A stretch of DNA of 64,000 nt, from positions 32,001-96,000 of IMG/VR virus record IMGVR_UViG_3300005537_000002; one strand, written 5' to 3'. This DNA comes from a virus. The position numbers were made by a program, and so were the translations under genes. The number at the start of each line of letters is the position of its first letter. Within the stretch, counting starts at the first letter, position 1. Of the stretch, positions 9,978 through 20,093 are shown in pieces. The notes beneath the pieces are model-generated. The model saw only the letters and a program-made list of their open reading frames with translations, was not told where the DNA came from and ran no database searches.

Positions 9978-10260
9978 AGTAGTTATAGCACAGGTCTATT
10001 ACACTCTCCCATAACCTGCGTATACGGGCTGAGAGAGTATTCTCCTCTATAGAGGGTTGCCTCTCATACGTCCCAGAGAGCGTGTCTTCATTCGAACTAC
10101 ACCAACCATAGCGGTTCTCATACAACCAAGCTTGCACCTCGTTCGGAGAACCGCTACTGATAGGCCATACGCCTCCCTTTCGATAGATGTTGGCAAATTG
10201 ATGATCCACCAACCGTACACTCACCCATCTTGGACGACGCATACTAACCTCCGTCTTCAA
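9949..10260 (-). CDS. hypothetical protein
   Basis: 103-aa ORF following the primase on the same strand. Confidence 0.4.
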   Translation of the reverse strand: MKTEVSMRRPRWVSVRLVDHQFANIYRKGGVWPISSGSPNEVQAWLYENRYGWCSSNEDTLSGTYERQPSIEENTLSARIRRLWESVIDLCYNYFIEEDSEVT

Positions 10261-10286
10261 TAAGGTTGCCTGAACTCGATACTAGT

Positions 10287-12620
10287 CTACAATCCGCTGG
10301 TCCCAGTAGGGGGTTTGTAGTCTTCCAAATGTAGTAGCGTTCCTCTCGAACTAGGTTCGTGAGTAACTCTTAGTCTGCGACCAATGTACACGTTGGTCTG
10401 TACTCCGTTGATAGATTTAGAACTCTCGCTCATGTTAAATGCTGGCATGAGTGACCTCATACGACTCCAGAACGTTCTGTCTGCCATGTTACCGCGAGAG
10501 ACCGAACCTACCCAACCCCTAAACGCCTGTAACAGATCGGACTTGGGGATGTAGTTGTTACTGTCTCCAGGTAGAGTCCAAGCACAGAGGAATGCGTGTA
10601 CACTGTCAAGCGCACTCTGAAATGCTGTATGCTCCTCTTTCATACTCTGACTGACGGAGAACGCATTGTTGGAGAGCAGTCTACGCAAGCCATCGCAAGC
10701 TAGATTCAACATCGCGGACAGGTTAGCTGGACTGGCAATCTGTTCGATCTTACGTAGGTCCGCTCTCCCTTCAAACGAATTCCCTGCTCTCATCACCAAC
10801 CATCGATCAAAGTACGCGTCATCCGGATCCCTAACTGGCGTAGGTCCATTCGCGCTAAAGAACTGCTTACACGTCGGATAGAACGCAAAAGCATCCTTAA
10901 ACTTACGCTCTCCCTCGATTCGGTCTCCAGCTACGTACAGCTTGAACTTACCCGGTTGGTGCACTTCCGTTGCTTCTAAGTCCGCGAAGACGTTCGCGTA
11001 CCTACCTAGCATATCAGCGGCACCGAACCTGGAGTCGCACAAGTTTTGTAGCGACATCGAGATCGTATTGTTGAGGCCCAGGAACCTAATCACCAAGTCC
11101 AGTAGGGTACTCTTACCTGACCACTTCTCACCGAAAATGATCAAGGCCTTGCGGTATCGACAGTCTGGTAACAGCGAATACCCAACAAACTCCCACCAAG
11201 CATCGATACAGTCTGACGGGAGTATCTCTCGTACAAACTGGTCTACAATCGCAGTGTTTGCATTAGGATCGTAATGTACAGGCAGCTGTGCTAACGAGTG
11301 CTGTTCGGGTATATGCCGTTGTACCTGCCCCGATGCTACGTTCAGCATACCAGTTCGGGTATTGATGACTATTTCTTCTAGCTTCCTCCTAACAGGAGGT
11401 TGCAACGTATTCATCATCGGCGCGTTATGTACAAACCACTTTACAACTTCATCTCCGTAACCCGATCGCCACTGACGACCTAAACGTTGAGCGGCCTCCT
11501 GCTGTAGAAAACGCTCCCCTCCCGGTACGTATCTACCGTCCAAGTAGTGATAGAGTACTCCACCAACTGAGATCACATTCGTACTATGCAGGATGGACTC
11601 GATCAACAACAGCGGAACGAATGTCTTCTTATCAAAAAACCGATCCGGACTACCCTCGAGTCTGGTGAGAGCACGTTGGACTGTACTCTCAACGTATCGG
11701 TAATCCTTACTCTCCCTAAACTTACTACCGCTAAACCAGGTCGGATGCTTGAGTACGGACGTAACTTGTCCTGCGGGAATACCCATTGACAATAAGAAAA
11801 TGGCAATCCTAATATCATTACGCGACCTATCCACTCGACCGGAGTTGTTTAGGTCCGCCCCAGCTGTTCGTGCTGTTGTCTCACTGAACATCAGGTTATA
11901 CGCGTGTGCGTTCTCGCGCTGCACCCTCTCCAAAAAGTCGTCTGGGAGGGGTTCGTCATTGATCGGATCAACCGGTGAAGACTTCTCGGTCTCGCTTATC
12001 GAACTAAAGTCGCTATAGTTGTAGACTCGTTGGGGGTATATACTTACAACCCCAGCATCTTTTGGCTGGTCTACAAACTTATAGTTTCGCGTTCCCGGTG
12101 TCCTCATCAATCGGGCTAAATCCACCACACCATCATCCGCCCCTAGGTACATTAATTGCGAATTCAGCCACCGAATACGACCCTTTAGGCCTTGAACGTC
12201 TTCGATGAACTCGCTTAACAACCAAAAGATTTGCAACCCATGCCCACTATTTACAGCAACGGAGGGTGGAAAGGGAAAGCTTTCAAGCTCTGTAAGTACT
12301 TCCCCCATCTGTTTACCCAGTTTGTAAAAATCTAAATCACAATAGAGTGCGCTAGCACCCCACGTATCAGATTCTTTACCCCTAGTTCCAGGTGCCGCTT
12401 CCGTCTTCATAACTGAAGCCCGAAAGTAGATGTCAGGGGCACTACGTCGCTTTAGTCTCTCAACCTCCGCTATAAGATTAGGGATCTCGTTGGGCATACG
12501 ATGATGTCCAATGTGTGTCGCGTACGCACTCGTGGGTTCAAACACTACTATATTCGTAACACTGCCCGGAGGTGAGTGCTTAAAGACCTCCTGGAAGAAC
12601 TCTAAACTGTCTGCTGCCAT
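10287..12620 (-). CDS. primase-helicase (RepB-like primase domain, D5-N, SF3 helicase, C-terminal wHTH)
   Basis: LYCDLDF...SGHGLQIFW...DLARLMRTPGTRNYK primase motifs; Walker A GEKWSGKST; FSANG; AYFDRW. Confidence 0.9.
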   Translation of the reverse strand: MAADSLEFFQEVFKHSPPGSVTNIVVFEPTSAYATHIGHHRMPNEIPNLIAEVERLKRRSAPDIYFRASVMKTEAAPGTRGKESDTWGASALYCDLDFYKLGKQMGEVLTELESFPFPPSVAVNSGHGLQIFWLLSEFIEDVQGLKGRIRWLNSQLMYLGADDGVVDLARLMRTPGTRNYKFVDQPKDAGVVSIYPQRVYNYSDFSSISETEKSSPVDPINDEPLPDDFLERVQRENAHAYNLMFSETTARTAGADLNNSGRVDRSRNDIRIAIFLLSMGIPAGQVTSVLKHPTWFSGSKFRESKDYRYVESTVQRALTRLEGSPDRFFDKKTFVPLLLIESILHSTNVISVGGVLYHYLDGRYVPGGERFLQQEAAQRLGRQWRSGYGDEVVKWFVHNAPMMNTLQPPVRRKLEEIVINTRTGMLNVASGQVQRHIPEQHSLAQLPVHYDPNANTAIVDQFVREILPSDCIDAWWEFVGYSLLPDCRYRKALIIFGEKWSGKSTLLDLVIRFLGLNNTISMSLQNLCDSRFGAADMLGRYANVFADLEATEVHQPGKFKLYVAGDRIEGERKFKDAFAFYPTCKQFFSANGPTPVRDPDDAYFDRWLVMRAGNSFEGRADLRKIEQIASPANLSAMLNLACDGLRRLLSNNAFSVSQSMKEEHTAFQSALDSVHAFLCAWTLPGDSNNYIPKSDLLQAFRGWVGSVSRGNMADRTFWSRMRSLMPAFNMSESSKSINGVQTNVYIGRRLRVTHEPSSRGTLLHLEDYKPPTGTSGL

Positions 12621-12682
12621 CTAATGTAACCTTCTAACAACGATGCTACGATGACCTCATTTCGATAATACTAGAGGACCCC

Positions 12683-12723
12683 TTGTAATATTATCAAAGG
12701 TCACTTATAATATTATCAAAGGT
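12683..12723 (+). promoter_or_regulatory. sigma70-type promoter overlapped by a 16-bp direct repeat
   Basis: TTGTAA(12683)-N17-TATAAT(12706); TAATATTATCAAAGGT at 12686-12701 and 12708-12723. Confidence 0.6.
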
Positions 12724-12833
12724 GCGTAGCACCAGACTAGCACACCTCTGCTGGCACGGAGGGTGCAACTTCTTGCAACTACTACACGTTCGCGCAGGGG
12801 TAGAGACTGCTTCCTCCTACCCCTTTGTGAACC

Positions 12834-13220
12834 TCACGATGCCATATCGAGCTCACTATCAACCACCCCCAAGCGTTCCTTACGCCACTCTTCTACTGCT
12901 CGCTCGTAGCGAGGGAGGTAGTACTGATTCGCCCCCATCTTAGTAAGCGACAGCTGAACTCGGATCAGCCCTAACCCCACTAAGGACTCCAATACAGGCC
13001 CAAAAATTGCCCCTGTCAGTTGTAGTTGAGGCTGTAAAGTCGAGCGTGTAAAGAAGAGGCTCCGTTCCATAGTTATCAGGATCCGACGAGCGATTTCTAG
13101 TTCCGTTCGTGAAAGGGGAGCAATCCTTTCCTCTACCTCCCTACTCAATGTGTTGTGTGTCGTCTGTTGAGTCAATATGTTGTCTCCTTCTTGTTCGCGA
13201 TGTAGAAGTTCTACTCGCAT
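12834..13220 (-). CDS. hypothetical winged-helix-like protein
   Basis: 128-aa ORF; LSRTELEIA...LESLVGLGLIRV...NQYYL pattern. Confidence 0.5.
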   Translation of the reverse strand: MRVELLHREQEGDNILTQQTTHNTLSREVEERIAPLSRTELEIARRILITMERSLFFTRSTLQPQLQLTGAIFGPVLESLVGLGLIRVQLSLTKMGANQYYLPRYERAVEEWRKERLGVVDSELDMAS

Positions 13221-13233
13221 CTGATATGTTTAT

Positions 13234-13262
13234 ATTATAAAGAATTACGTTACAAAAATCAA
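13234..13262 (-). promoter_or_regulatory. sigma70-type promoter for the primase operon
   Basis: TTGATT-N17-TATAAT on the minus strand. Confidence 0.7.
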
Positions 13263-13442
13263 GGGTACTCAACCTACTTGATTTTCGGTCGCCTATACCA
13301 CTATACTTATACCATACAGTCGTCTAGCACAGCTACGTAGTCCCCTTCTCCTCGACCACTCAAAACCTATACTAACGAACCTTTAGTCAACCGAGCACCT
13401 ATAGCACTGATATAAAATCAATGCCCCCGCGTTCAACCGGAT

Positions 13443-13739
13443 AAGCTCAGCCATTTTATATGGGCGGGTTTCGGAATTAGGGTCGATTTCTGGATTCACT
13501 TTAAAAATCATGTGTGATTTCTGGATTCACACATGATTTTTAAAGTCGAGATCGATAGCTCTGTTATTTTTTTAGTACCCCCGCGATAAAATTATAAGAC
13601 TATATATATGGGGGGAGCTTAAAAAATTATCCGAGTTCTCGTAGCTCGTAAACAATCGCCAGGGTTTTACTTAAGAATCATAAACAATCGCGTGAGTTTA
13701 CTTATGATTCTTAAGCGCCCATATAGTATAGCTGAGCTT
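13443..13739. repeat. nested inverted and direct repeat region, candidate replication origin
   Basis: 20-bp IR 13498-13517/13527-13546; 14-bp IR 13670-13683/13702-13715; imperfect outer IR 13443-13466/13716-13739; direct repeats GATTTCTGGATTCAC x2 and TAAACAATCGC x2. Confidence 0.75.
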
Positions 13740-13772
13740 TGTCGATTTCGAGTTAGGTTCGGGCTATGCCTC

Positions 13773-13802
13773 TTGTAAAACGTGGGTAGAATTCATTATA
13801 AT
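13773..13802 (+). promoter_or_regulatory. sigma70-type promoter
   Basis: TTGTAA-N18-TATAAT upstream of the SNF2 gene. Confidence 0.7.
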
Positions 13803-13835
13803 ATAAACAAGTAAATAACATCGTGAGGAGGTTCG

Positions 13836-15566
13836 ATGAGTAGTTTGTCCGCGTTGTGCGACTCAAAGGGTAAAGTGAAGACGCTAGTCTTCACTCCAAG
13901 TTCGGTTGACCACAAGCATACCGTCTGTGCTCTTAACGGTGCGAGACCACAAAAGGACGACACCATTCACTTTAGTCCTGAACCACACTTCATCGGAGAG
14001 GTTCGACAGAGGTTCCCGGGTATTGAGCTAGATGCAACTGTGCTAGATTGGTACGACGAGTACCAAACAAGCCTGCAGCAACAGAGTCAGATTGTAGCTA
14101 GTTCTCACACTAACTCGACTGACTTCGGATCTCTACTATATAACAGTGAGCTGAGGCCGTATCAAAGAGCTGGCATTCAGTGGTTGAACTCACATGAAGA
14201 CGGCGCAATATTGGGAGACCCAACTGGTATGGGCAAGACCGTCCAGTTACTGTCGGTGTGCGAACTGATACAAGCTAAACGTGTGTTAGTGATCTCTCCT
14301 TCATACGTCAAGTATCAGTGGGGAGACCAAATTACACGTTGGTTGGGCATCACTCCGGTTATATGTGAAGGAGAGACTCCTAAGCGTCGTAAGCAAGTGC
14401 AAACGTTTCTTAGTAGTGATAGTAGGTACTTAGTCGTCAATATTGAAATGTTACGTACCTACCCAAATCGGTATTACGACAACAAGCATGCAAAGGCAGG
14501 ACAACAAGCCCCCTGTGCTATTCCGGAACTCTGGCAGGCACAGTGGGATGTGGTGATTGTAGACGAGGCCCACGGTATACACGACCGGAACTCGTTGCAA
14601 TCTAAGGGTGTAAAAGCTCTCAAACGGAAAAGGCTGTACCTAGCGACTGGTACTCCGGTTTGGGATATGGCTGACGACATTTGGAATTTGCTTCATATAT
14701 TAGAACCAAAGCGCTTTAGTTCATACTGGAACTTCGCCCGTATGTACTGTAAGATCGAGAAGTTGTGGAACGGCATCGAACAGGTAGTCGGACGTAGAGA
14801 AGACCGTCTAGATGCCTTTAGGGAGACTATTACTCCCTATGTACTAGCGAGAGACAAAAGAGAGTTCCTACCTGATCTACCACTACTCATACACAAACAG
14901 TGGTGGTACGACGCTAGTCCTAAGCAACGGGAACTCACGCGTACCCTAAAGAAGAAGATGAGGTTAGAACTGACCTCAGGAGACATTAAGGTCTTCGACA
15001 GCGTCGCAAGTGAGATCAGTACGTTGCGGATGCTACTTTCCGCCCCAGAAATGGTTGGAGTGGATATTGAGACTCCAAAGGACTCGCTAATGATGTCTCT
15101 GTTAGCTGACCTATTGTTGGAAACCGATCGAGTGTTGATCGCATGCTGGTTTAAGGATCACGCCAAACATATAGCACAGCTCTGTGCTAAAGAGGGCATT
15201 GCACATACCGTGGTTGATGGTGACTTGTCTCAATCTCAGCGGCGAACGGAGATACAACGCTTTAGGCAAGGCAAAGTAGCTGTGCTAATTGGGACTATCG
15301 CGTCATTCGGACAGGGTATTGATATGCAGGAATGCAACCACTGTATAGTAGCTGACGCTGACTGGACTCCTACAGTTATGACCCAGCTATACGGACGCTT
15401 AGACCGTTTTGGACAACAATTGCCGCCGGTGTTTCATAGGCTCATTTGCCGTAAATCGATTGAGCAAGCTATCTACGAAGTAGAGCGGGATAAAGGAGCG
15501 CAAGCCAACGAGATACTAGCGTTACAGGCCGTGTACGAGCACTACCTACAACTGGAGGATTTGTAG
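13836..15566 (+). CDS. SNF2-family (SF2) helicase
   Basis: LGDPTGMGKT, IVDEAH, LATGTP, GQGIDMQ, QLYGRLDRFGQ motifs. Confidence 0.9.
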   Translation: MSSLSALCDSKGKVKTLVFTPSSVDHKHTVCALNGARPQKDDTIHFSPEPHFIGEVRQRFPGIELDATVLDWYDEYQTSLQQQSQIVASSHTNSTDFGSLLYNSELRPYQRAGIQWLNSHEDGAILGDPTGMGKTVQLLSVCELIQAKRVLVISPSYVKYQWGDQITRWLGITPVICEGETPKRRKQVQTFLSSDSRYLVVNIEMLRTYPNRYYDNKHAKAGQQAPCAIPELWQAQWDVVIVDEAHGIHDRNSLQSKGVKALKRKRLYLATGTPVWDMADDIWNLLHILEPKRFSSYWNFARMYCKIEKLWNGIEQVVGRREDRLDAFRETITPYVLARDKREFLPDLPLLIHKQWWYDASPKQRELTRTLKKKMRLELTSGDIKVFDSVASEISTLRMLLSAPEMVGVDIETPKDSLMMSLLADLLLETDRVLIACWFKDHAKHIAQLCAKEGIAHTVVDGDLSQSQRRTEIQRFRQGKVAVLIGTIASFGQGIDMQECNHCIVADADWTPTVMTQLYGRLDRFGQQLPPVFHRLICRKSIEQAIYEVERDKGAQANEILALQAVYEHYLQLEDL

Positions 15567-15593
15567 TCTGTACCCCGTATGTATAGTAATAAC

Positions 15594-15679
15594 GCTATAG
15601 TTAGTTTTTACGGTGTTTGCATCTTGGATATATAAATCATACATATACACGTGCAGTCCGTGTAAAAACTAACTATAGC
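15594..15679. repeat. 18-bp inverted repeat, copy 2 of the dispersed element
   Basis: GCTATAGTTAGTTTTTAC (15594-15611) and its reverse complement (15662-15679); the loop carries GATATATAAATCATACA as in copy 1. Confidence 0.9.
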
Positions 15680-15736
15680 ACGATTTCATAATGTTGTACA
15701 AGTGTTGTAAAACATACTTAGTAAAAGGAAGGTCAG

Positions 15737-16156
15737 TTGATGACAGGAGTACCTACCAACCTCGAGGGTATTGAGGCACCCGATTGGGTGACTGCAGAGA
15801 TATTCAATGCTTACTTGCAGTATCGTAAGCATTGTACGGATGCGTTCCACTATATGCAGAACGCATCCGACTTAGGCGAAGCTGCTCGCCTACTACACGC
15901 GTGGACCAGTAATACATTCAACGAGCGTTTCGATCAAGCGTTGTCGAGCAGATACTACTGTGCTAAAGAAGGTTTGTCTGACGGTTTGTCTGTAGGGGGT
16001 AAGCAGACCTTCTCCAATGTATTCGGGTACGTCATGCTAACCGTATTGAGGCAAGTTGACTGGGCTTGGCTAGTCAACCACTTGCAGTACGCAGTGTGGC
16101 CGTTTACGAAACCTGGTGGATCTCCCCAAACTAGTCCGGAGTACGATGACGCATGA
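15737..16156 (+). CDS. hypothetical protein
   Basis: 139-aa ORF with AAGGAAGG RBS. Confidence 0.6.
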   Translation: MMTGVPTNLEGIEAPDWVTAEIFNAYLQYRKHCTDAFHYMQNASDLGEAARLLHAWTSNTFNERFDQALSSRYYCAKEGLSDGLSVGGKQTFSNVFGYVMLTVLRQVDWAWLVNHLQYAVWPFTKPGGSPQTSPEYDDA

Positions 16157-16437
16157 ACGAGGAGGCAATGACGCTAACCGAATTTTGTAAACAGTTGCAC
16201 TCGACTGTAGAGCAGCTACTAGCTATGGAAAGCCTCGCTCTACGTGACAACCCAGAATGCGTCGTAGTTGACATTTCACTTGACACATCGAGCGGTTGGG
16301 GTTTCGATGTGTGGATCGTCGAGGTAGTCGCTCGTAACTCGGTGCACAGTAATCAACGTTGGCTGTTTCCGCTCTGTCTGAACGAACATGGGACGCCAGT
16401 CTTAGCTACAAGTCGGTTGCTCCACGCGTTTGCCTAG
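16153..16437 (+). CDS. hypothetical protein
   Basis: ATGA-coupled 94-aa ORF. Confidence 0.55.
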   Translation: MNEEAMTLTEFCKQLHSTVEQLLAMESLALRDNPECVVVDISLDTSSGWGFDVWIVEVVARNSVHSNQRWLFPLCLNEHGTPVLATSRLLHAFA

Positions 16438-16468
16438 GGTACGAGGGTCAATTTCTATGTTGACCCTC

Positions 16469-16498
16469 TTGTTTTTTGTAGTATGTTTATATTATAAT
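16469..16498 (+). promoter_or_regulatory. sigma70-type promoter
   Basis: TTGTTT-N18-TATAAT. Confidence 0.7.
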
Positions 16499-16536
16499 CA
16501 TATTAATAAATAAAAAAAAACTAAGGGGGTACATTC

Positions 16537-16971
16537 ATGGCGGAGTTGCCAATTGGAGCGGAGACAATAGTACAGGTACTAGTAGCACTCGGTGGAGACT
16601 ATCACGGTGAAAACCAGGAGTACGGTAAAGTATGGTGCCATCACTGTTCGTGGTCTGACCCGTTTGAATGGCCTAACGTTGAAACTAGAACGATGGAGCC
16701 TCACCGGGCTTGGTGTCCAGTGCTACAAGCTAGAGAAGCACTTCGCGTGATGGGTCTACCGATGAAAGTGTGGCGTTTAGACTTTAAAGCTACACCAATA
16801 GATTCTCAAGGTCGGAGAGGGCGTCTGCAGAGACGTAGTCAAACTATTCTTCATTGCTACCGACCGTTAGCACCAGAGGTATGGAGAGAGCTACAAGATT
16901 TCCCCGAAGAGTATCGTCTAGAAGTAGTCGAGCATACTATAGAGATTAGAGAAGTAAGGGAGTTGTACTAG
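16537..16971 (+). CDS. CxxC/HxxxC zinc-binding hypothetical protein, paralog of 19203-19694
   Basis: CHHC...HRAWCP...MGLPMKVWRLDF. Confidence 0.6.
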   Translation: MAELPIGAETIVQVLVALGGDYHGENQEYGKVWCHHCSWSDPFEWPNVETRTMEPHRAWCPVLQAREALRVMGLPMKVWRLDFKATPIDSQGRRGRLQRRSQTILHCYRPLAPEVWRELQDFPEEYRLEVVEHTIEIREVRELY

Positions 16972-18971
16972 TGAGTAGTATAGTAGAGGATGCACTGGCG
17001 TTTGCGGAAGCGAACTTTCCTGAGAGACGAGAGCCTCAACTGAAGATGATGGAGTCGGTATGCGAGTTCTTAGAAGCACAGACACCCACGCTTATAGAAG
17101 CCGGAACTGGAACAGGAAAGAGTTTCGCCTATCTAGTTCCTGCTATGTTGTGGTTGCAAGAGCATCCACTCGACAAAATTGTCGTTAGCACAGGGACAAA
17201 GGCCCTACAACGTCAACTAGTTGAGAAGGATATAAAAGCACTACAAAAGCACTTTCCAGGTGTGAAAGTAGCGATTGCAAAAAGCGCGTCCAATTACGCC
17301 TGTGCTGAGTCGATTGCACCTACGATATCAGATCTGGAAAGTACGAATGGGTCAGTTACGGATCTAAGGATCTTAAAGAAGCTAGAAGGGTACGTAACCG
17401 CTCGTTCTGGGTGGGATGGAGACCTAGATAAGATTACCGGCAATCTAGACTGGCAGGTGCGAGAGAGGATTGCGTACTCCCACGATAGCCCCGCATGTGA
17501 TAGTCCGGGTGTTTGCTACCTAAAGCGACGGTTCCAGGAGTTAGAGGAAGCCCAACTGATCATTACAAACCATGCGATGCTAATGACTAGCATGCGACAT
17601 CAACAAGGCTTACCACAATTACTATCAATGGTAATTGTCGACGAGGGGCATAAGCTTCCAGACGTAACAAGAGATGCCTTCACTGAAACTCTCCGACAGT
17701 CAAGTGTAGAACGCTTTGTAAAAAGGGTCTTGCGTGAAGAAGACTCTAACCGCTTGGAACCGTACTACCGAGCTGTGCTAGACGCCAACAATAAGTTGTG
17801 GCAAGAGATCAAGTACGAGCTCAAAAAAGCTGCTGGTAAGAGTCAGTGGGCGCAGATCGTACAAACTACAGAGAATTCTTACGGTTTGAGGCTCTCAACC
17901 GAACTGTCGTTGCTGAAGGAAGCGCTCAAGAACAAACTGTGGAAAATATACATGCAGAGCCTATACGGAGAGAGTGACTATGGACTTACCCCAGAAGAGA
18001 TAAAGGAAGCCAAGCACCGAGGTAAGCTCATCAATACTTGCAACGCACTTTCAGCGCAAGCAGCGCTTATCTTTAAGGCTGAAGAGCCTAACGAAGTCTA
18101 CGCATATGTATGGACAATGGAAGCACAGGACGTTCGTGCAGAAGCTATCCCAATAGACGTAGGAGAACTACTGCAACGTTATCTATACGAAGAGATACCT
18201 ACGTTTCTAACATCAGCGACCCTAGCACATTCAAAGGGTGCTTTAGGATTTGATAGCAAGCAGCACGTCACTGTACTTGACAGTGTCTTTGACTACGAGC
18301 GTCAATCTATCATGTACGTGCCGAAAAGTGCTGTGCTAGCTGGAGACAACAGAGATTCAGACCACTACTTTTCGGCACTAGCAAATACGATGCTGGAACT
18401 AGTGCGGATAACTAAGGGGAGAGGGTTTCTACTGTTCACATCTCGTTACGATATGGAAAAGACGTATGAACTGTTAACTCACCCACTACTAGACGAGGGG
18501 TACTATCCTATCATACAAGGTCAGAACGGTGCGGGTCCTGCTATGCACTCGTATATGACTGCGAACAGACCGCCTGTGCTATTCGGCTTGAAAAGTTTCT
18601 GGGAGGGAGTTGATATCCAAGGAGAGCAACTGTCGCTGGTGGTACTCTCCAAACTTCCGTTCGAGCAGCAGACAGTGATCGACAAAATCCTGCAAAGCGA
18701 TGCGAAGCTTGGTTTTGGTAAGTGGTGGACTGACTTATACTTACCGAGACTGATCACGAATACACAGCAGTCGTTAGGCCGTTTGATTAGGACGACTAAC
18801 GACATTGGCGTCGTAGCGTGCTTGGACGCACGCATTTTTACCAAACAAAGCAACTACGGACAGAAACTAGTAAGTTCGTTGCCATTCACGAACTTTGCTG
18901 TCCAGACTAGCCAAGTTCGTGAATGGTGGAGTACAGCTACAAAAGGAGTATTAACACATGCAGCAAAGTAG
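16971..18971 (+). CDS. dinG: DinG/YoaA-family ATP-dependent DNA helicase
   Basis: EAGTGTGKS, STGTKALQRQL, ITNH, VDEGH, TSATL, FWEGVDIQG, QSLGRLIR motifs. Confidence 0.9.
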   Translation: MSSIVEDALAFAEANFPERREPQLKMMESVCEFLEAQTPTLIEAGTGTGKSFAYLVPAMLWLQEHPLDKIVVSTGTKALQRQLVEKDIKALQKHFPGVKVAIAKSASNYACAESIAPTISDLESTNGSVTDLRILKKLEGYVTARSGWDGDLDKITGNLDWQVRERIAYSHDSPACDSPGVCYLKRRFQELEEAQLIITNHAMLMTSMRHQQGLPQLLSMVIVDEGHKLPDVTRDAFTETLRQSSVERFVKRVLREEDSNRLEPYYRAVLDANNKLWQEIKYELKKAAGKSQWAQIVQTTENSYGLRLSTELSLLKEALKNKLWKIYMQSLYGESDYGLTPEEIKEAKHRGKLINTCNALSAQAALIFKAEEPNEVYAYVWTMEAQDVRAEAIPIDVGELLQRYLYEEIPTFLTSATLAHSKGALGFDSKQHVTVLDSVFDYERQSIMYVPKSAVLAGDNRDSDHYFSALANTMLELVRITKGRGFLLFTSRYDMEKTYELLTHPLLDEGYYPIIQGQNGAGPAMHSYMTANRPPVLFGLKSFWEGVDIQGEQLSLVVLSKLPFEQQTVIDKILQSDAKLGFGKWWTDLYLPRLITNTQQSLGRLIRTTNDIGVVACLDARIFTKQSNYGQKLVSSLPFTNFAVQTSQVREWWSTATKGVLTHAAK

Positions 18972-19188
18972 GTTGACATACACAGTAAACGTTACTCAAC
19001 CTTACTACTTATTAAGTAGTAAGTGCATAGGTACAACAGTTAAGGAAGGAGACAAGTACGAATTCGGCTCCTATGAGGGTTGTGGGACGTACGACGAATT
19101 GTCTGAGATTAGACTCATAAAGGAGAAGTATCATCCAGAACTGAGTTTTTGGATCTTTCGCACGCACGATCATGAGCCCATAAGTTAA
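18958..19188 (+). CDS. hypothetical protein
   Basis: 76-aa ORF with AAGGAG RBS. Confidence 0.5.
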   Translation: MQQSRLTYTVNVTQPYYLLSSKCIGTTVKEGDKYEFGSYEGCGTYDELSEIRLIKEKYHPELSFWIFRTHDHEPIS

Positions 19189-19202
19189 GGAGGAGTTCTT
19201 AC

Positions 19203-19694
19203 ATGACGCTAGATAGAAGCGTTCCAAAACTCACCGTTGAGGAAGAGGTTGCACTACTCGAACCCTTTGCAGGTGATGATGTAGTGTTACTCAAAGACAC
19301 CGATAGGAGTGGTAACATAGACAAGTGTTCTTGGTGTAATCTTGACCTGTCGGATGCCTATGACGAAGGGCACGAACGTGGATGCAAAATCACTGCACTT
19401 AGGAATCGACTTGCTGATTTAGGCTTTCCTATGAGGCGGTGGAAGGTGGATTTTACGCATATACACCGATACTATCCGGAGAGCGTTATGCATGCTAGTG
19501 CTTGGATACATAGTTGTAGGGAGTTGAGTACGGAACAGGCTTTGCATCTAGCTCAACATGAACTAGATACGTGGGGCGTTGGGCGTGCATGGAATGGTGA
19601 GCCTGACTACGTTGGCAACCATCGATATGTAGACCCAGACTCCATAAAGTTATATGTCTTACGTACGTTCTATAGAACAGAAGAAGGGGACTAA
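19203..19694 (+). CDS. CxxC/HxxxC zinc-binding hypothetical protein, paralog of 16537-16971
   Basis: CSWC...HERGC...LGFPMRRWKVDF. Confidence 0.6.
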   Translation: MTLDRSVPKLTVEEEVALLEPFAGDDVVLLKDTDRSGNIDKCSWCNLDLSDAYDEGHERGCKITALRNRLADLGFPMRRWKVDFTHIHRYYPESVMHASAWIHSCRELSTEQALHLAQHELDTWGVGRAWNGEPDYVGNHRYVDPDSIKLYVLRTFYRTEEGD

Positions 19695-19697
19695 CAT

Positions 19698-19928
19698 ATG
19701 AAAAAGGCGCTATCAGTATTGTTACTGTCGTTGCTTATTGGGGCTACTATCGCGTGCGGTCAGTCGTCTAACTATTACTACTCTCAGCCGGTACGTAGGC
19801 AACCAGTCATTGTTGTAGGTGGTTCGTCCGGGTGTTCGTACTACACCAAAAGTAGGGCGACGACCAAGATGAAGTCCAATGGGTCCGTGACGGTAAAGTC
19901 GAAAAGCAAGACGACTTCTAGTTGCTAG
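19698..19928 (+). CDS. putative lipoprotein
   Basis: MKK plus a hydrophobic signal ending IAC, then a Ser/Thr/Lys-rich tail. Confidence 0.55.
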   Translation: MKKALSVLLLSLLIGATIACGQSSNYYYSQPVRRQPVIVVGGSSGCSYYTKSRATTKMKSNGSVTVKSKSKTTSSC

Positions 19929-20093
19929 AGTGGTTGAAAACAGAGCGTTGTATAATACGTGTATATAACGCTCTAGTTAGTTTTTACCCGTTATTAGCAC
20001 GCAACTAACTAAAAACTGTTGGGGAGTAGAAAACACTACATAAACCGTGCGGATGTATAGTATAATATATACATCCGAGGAGAAGGAGTCAGC

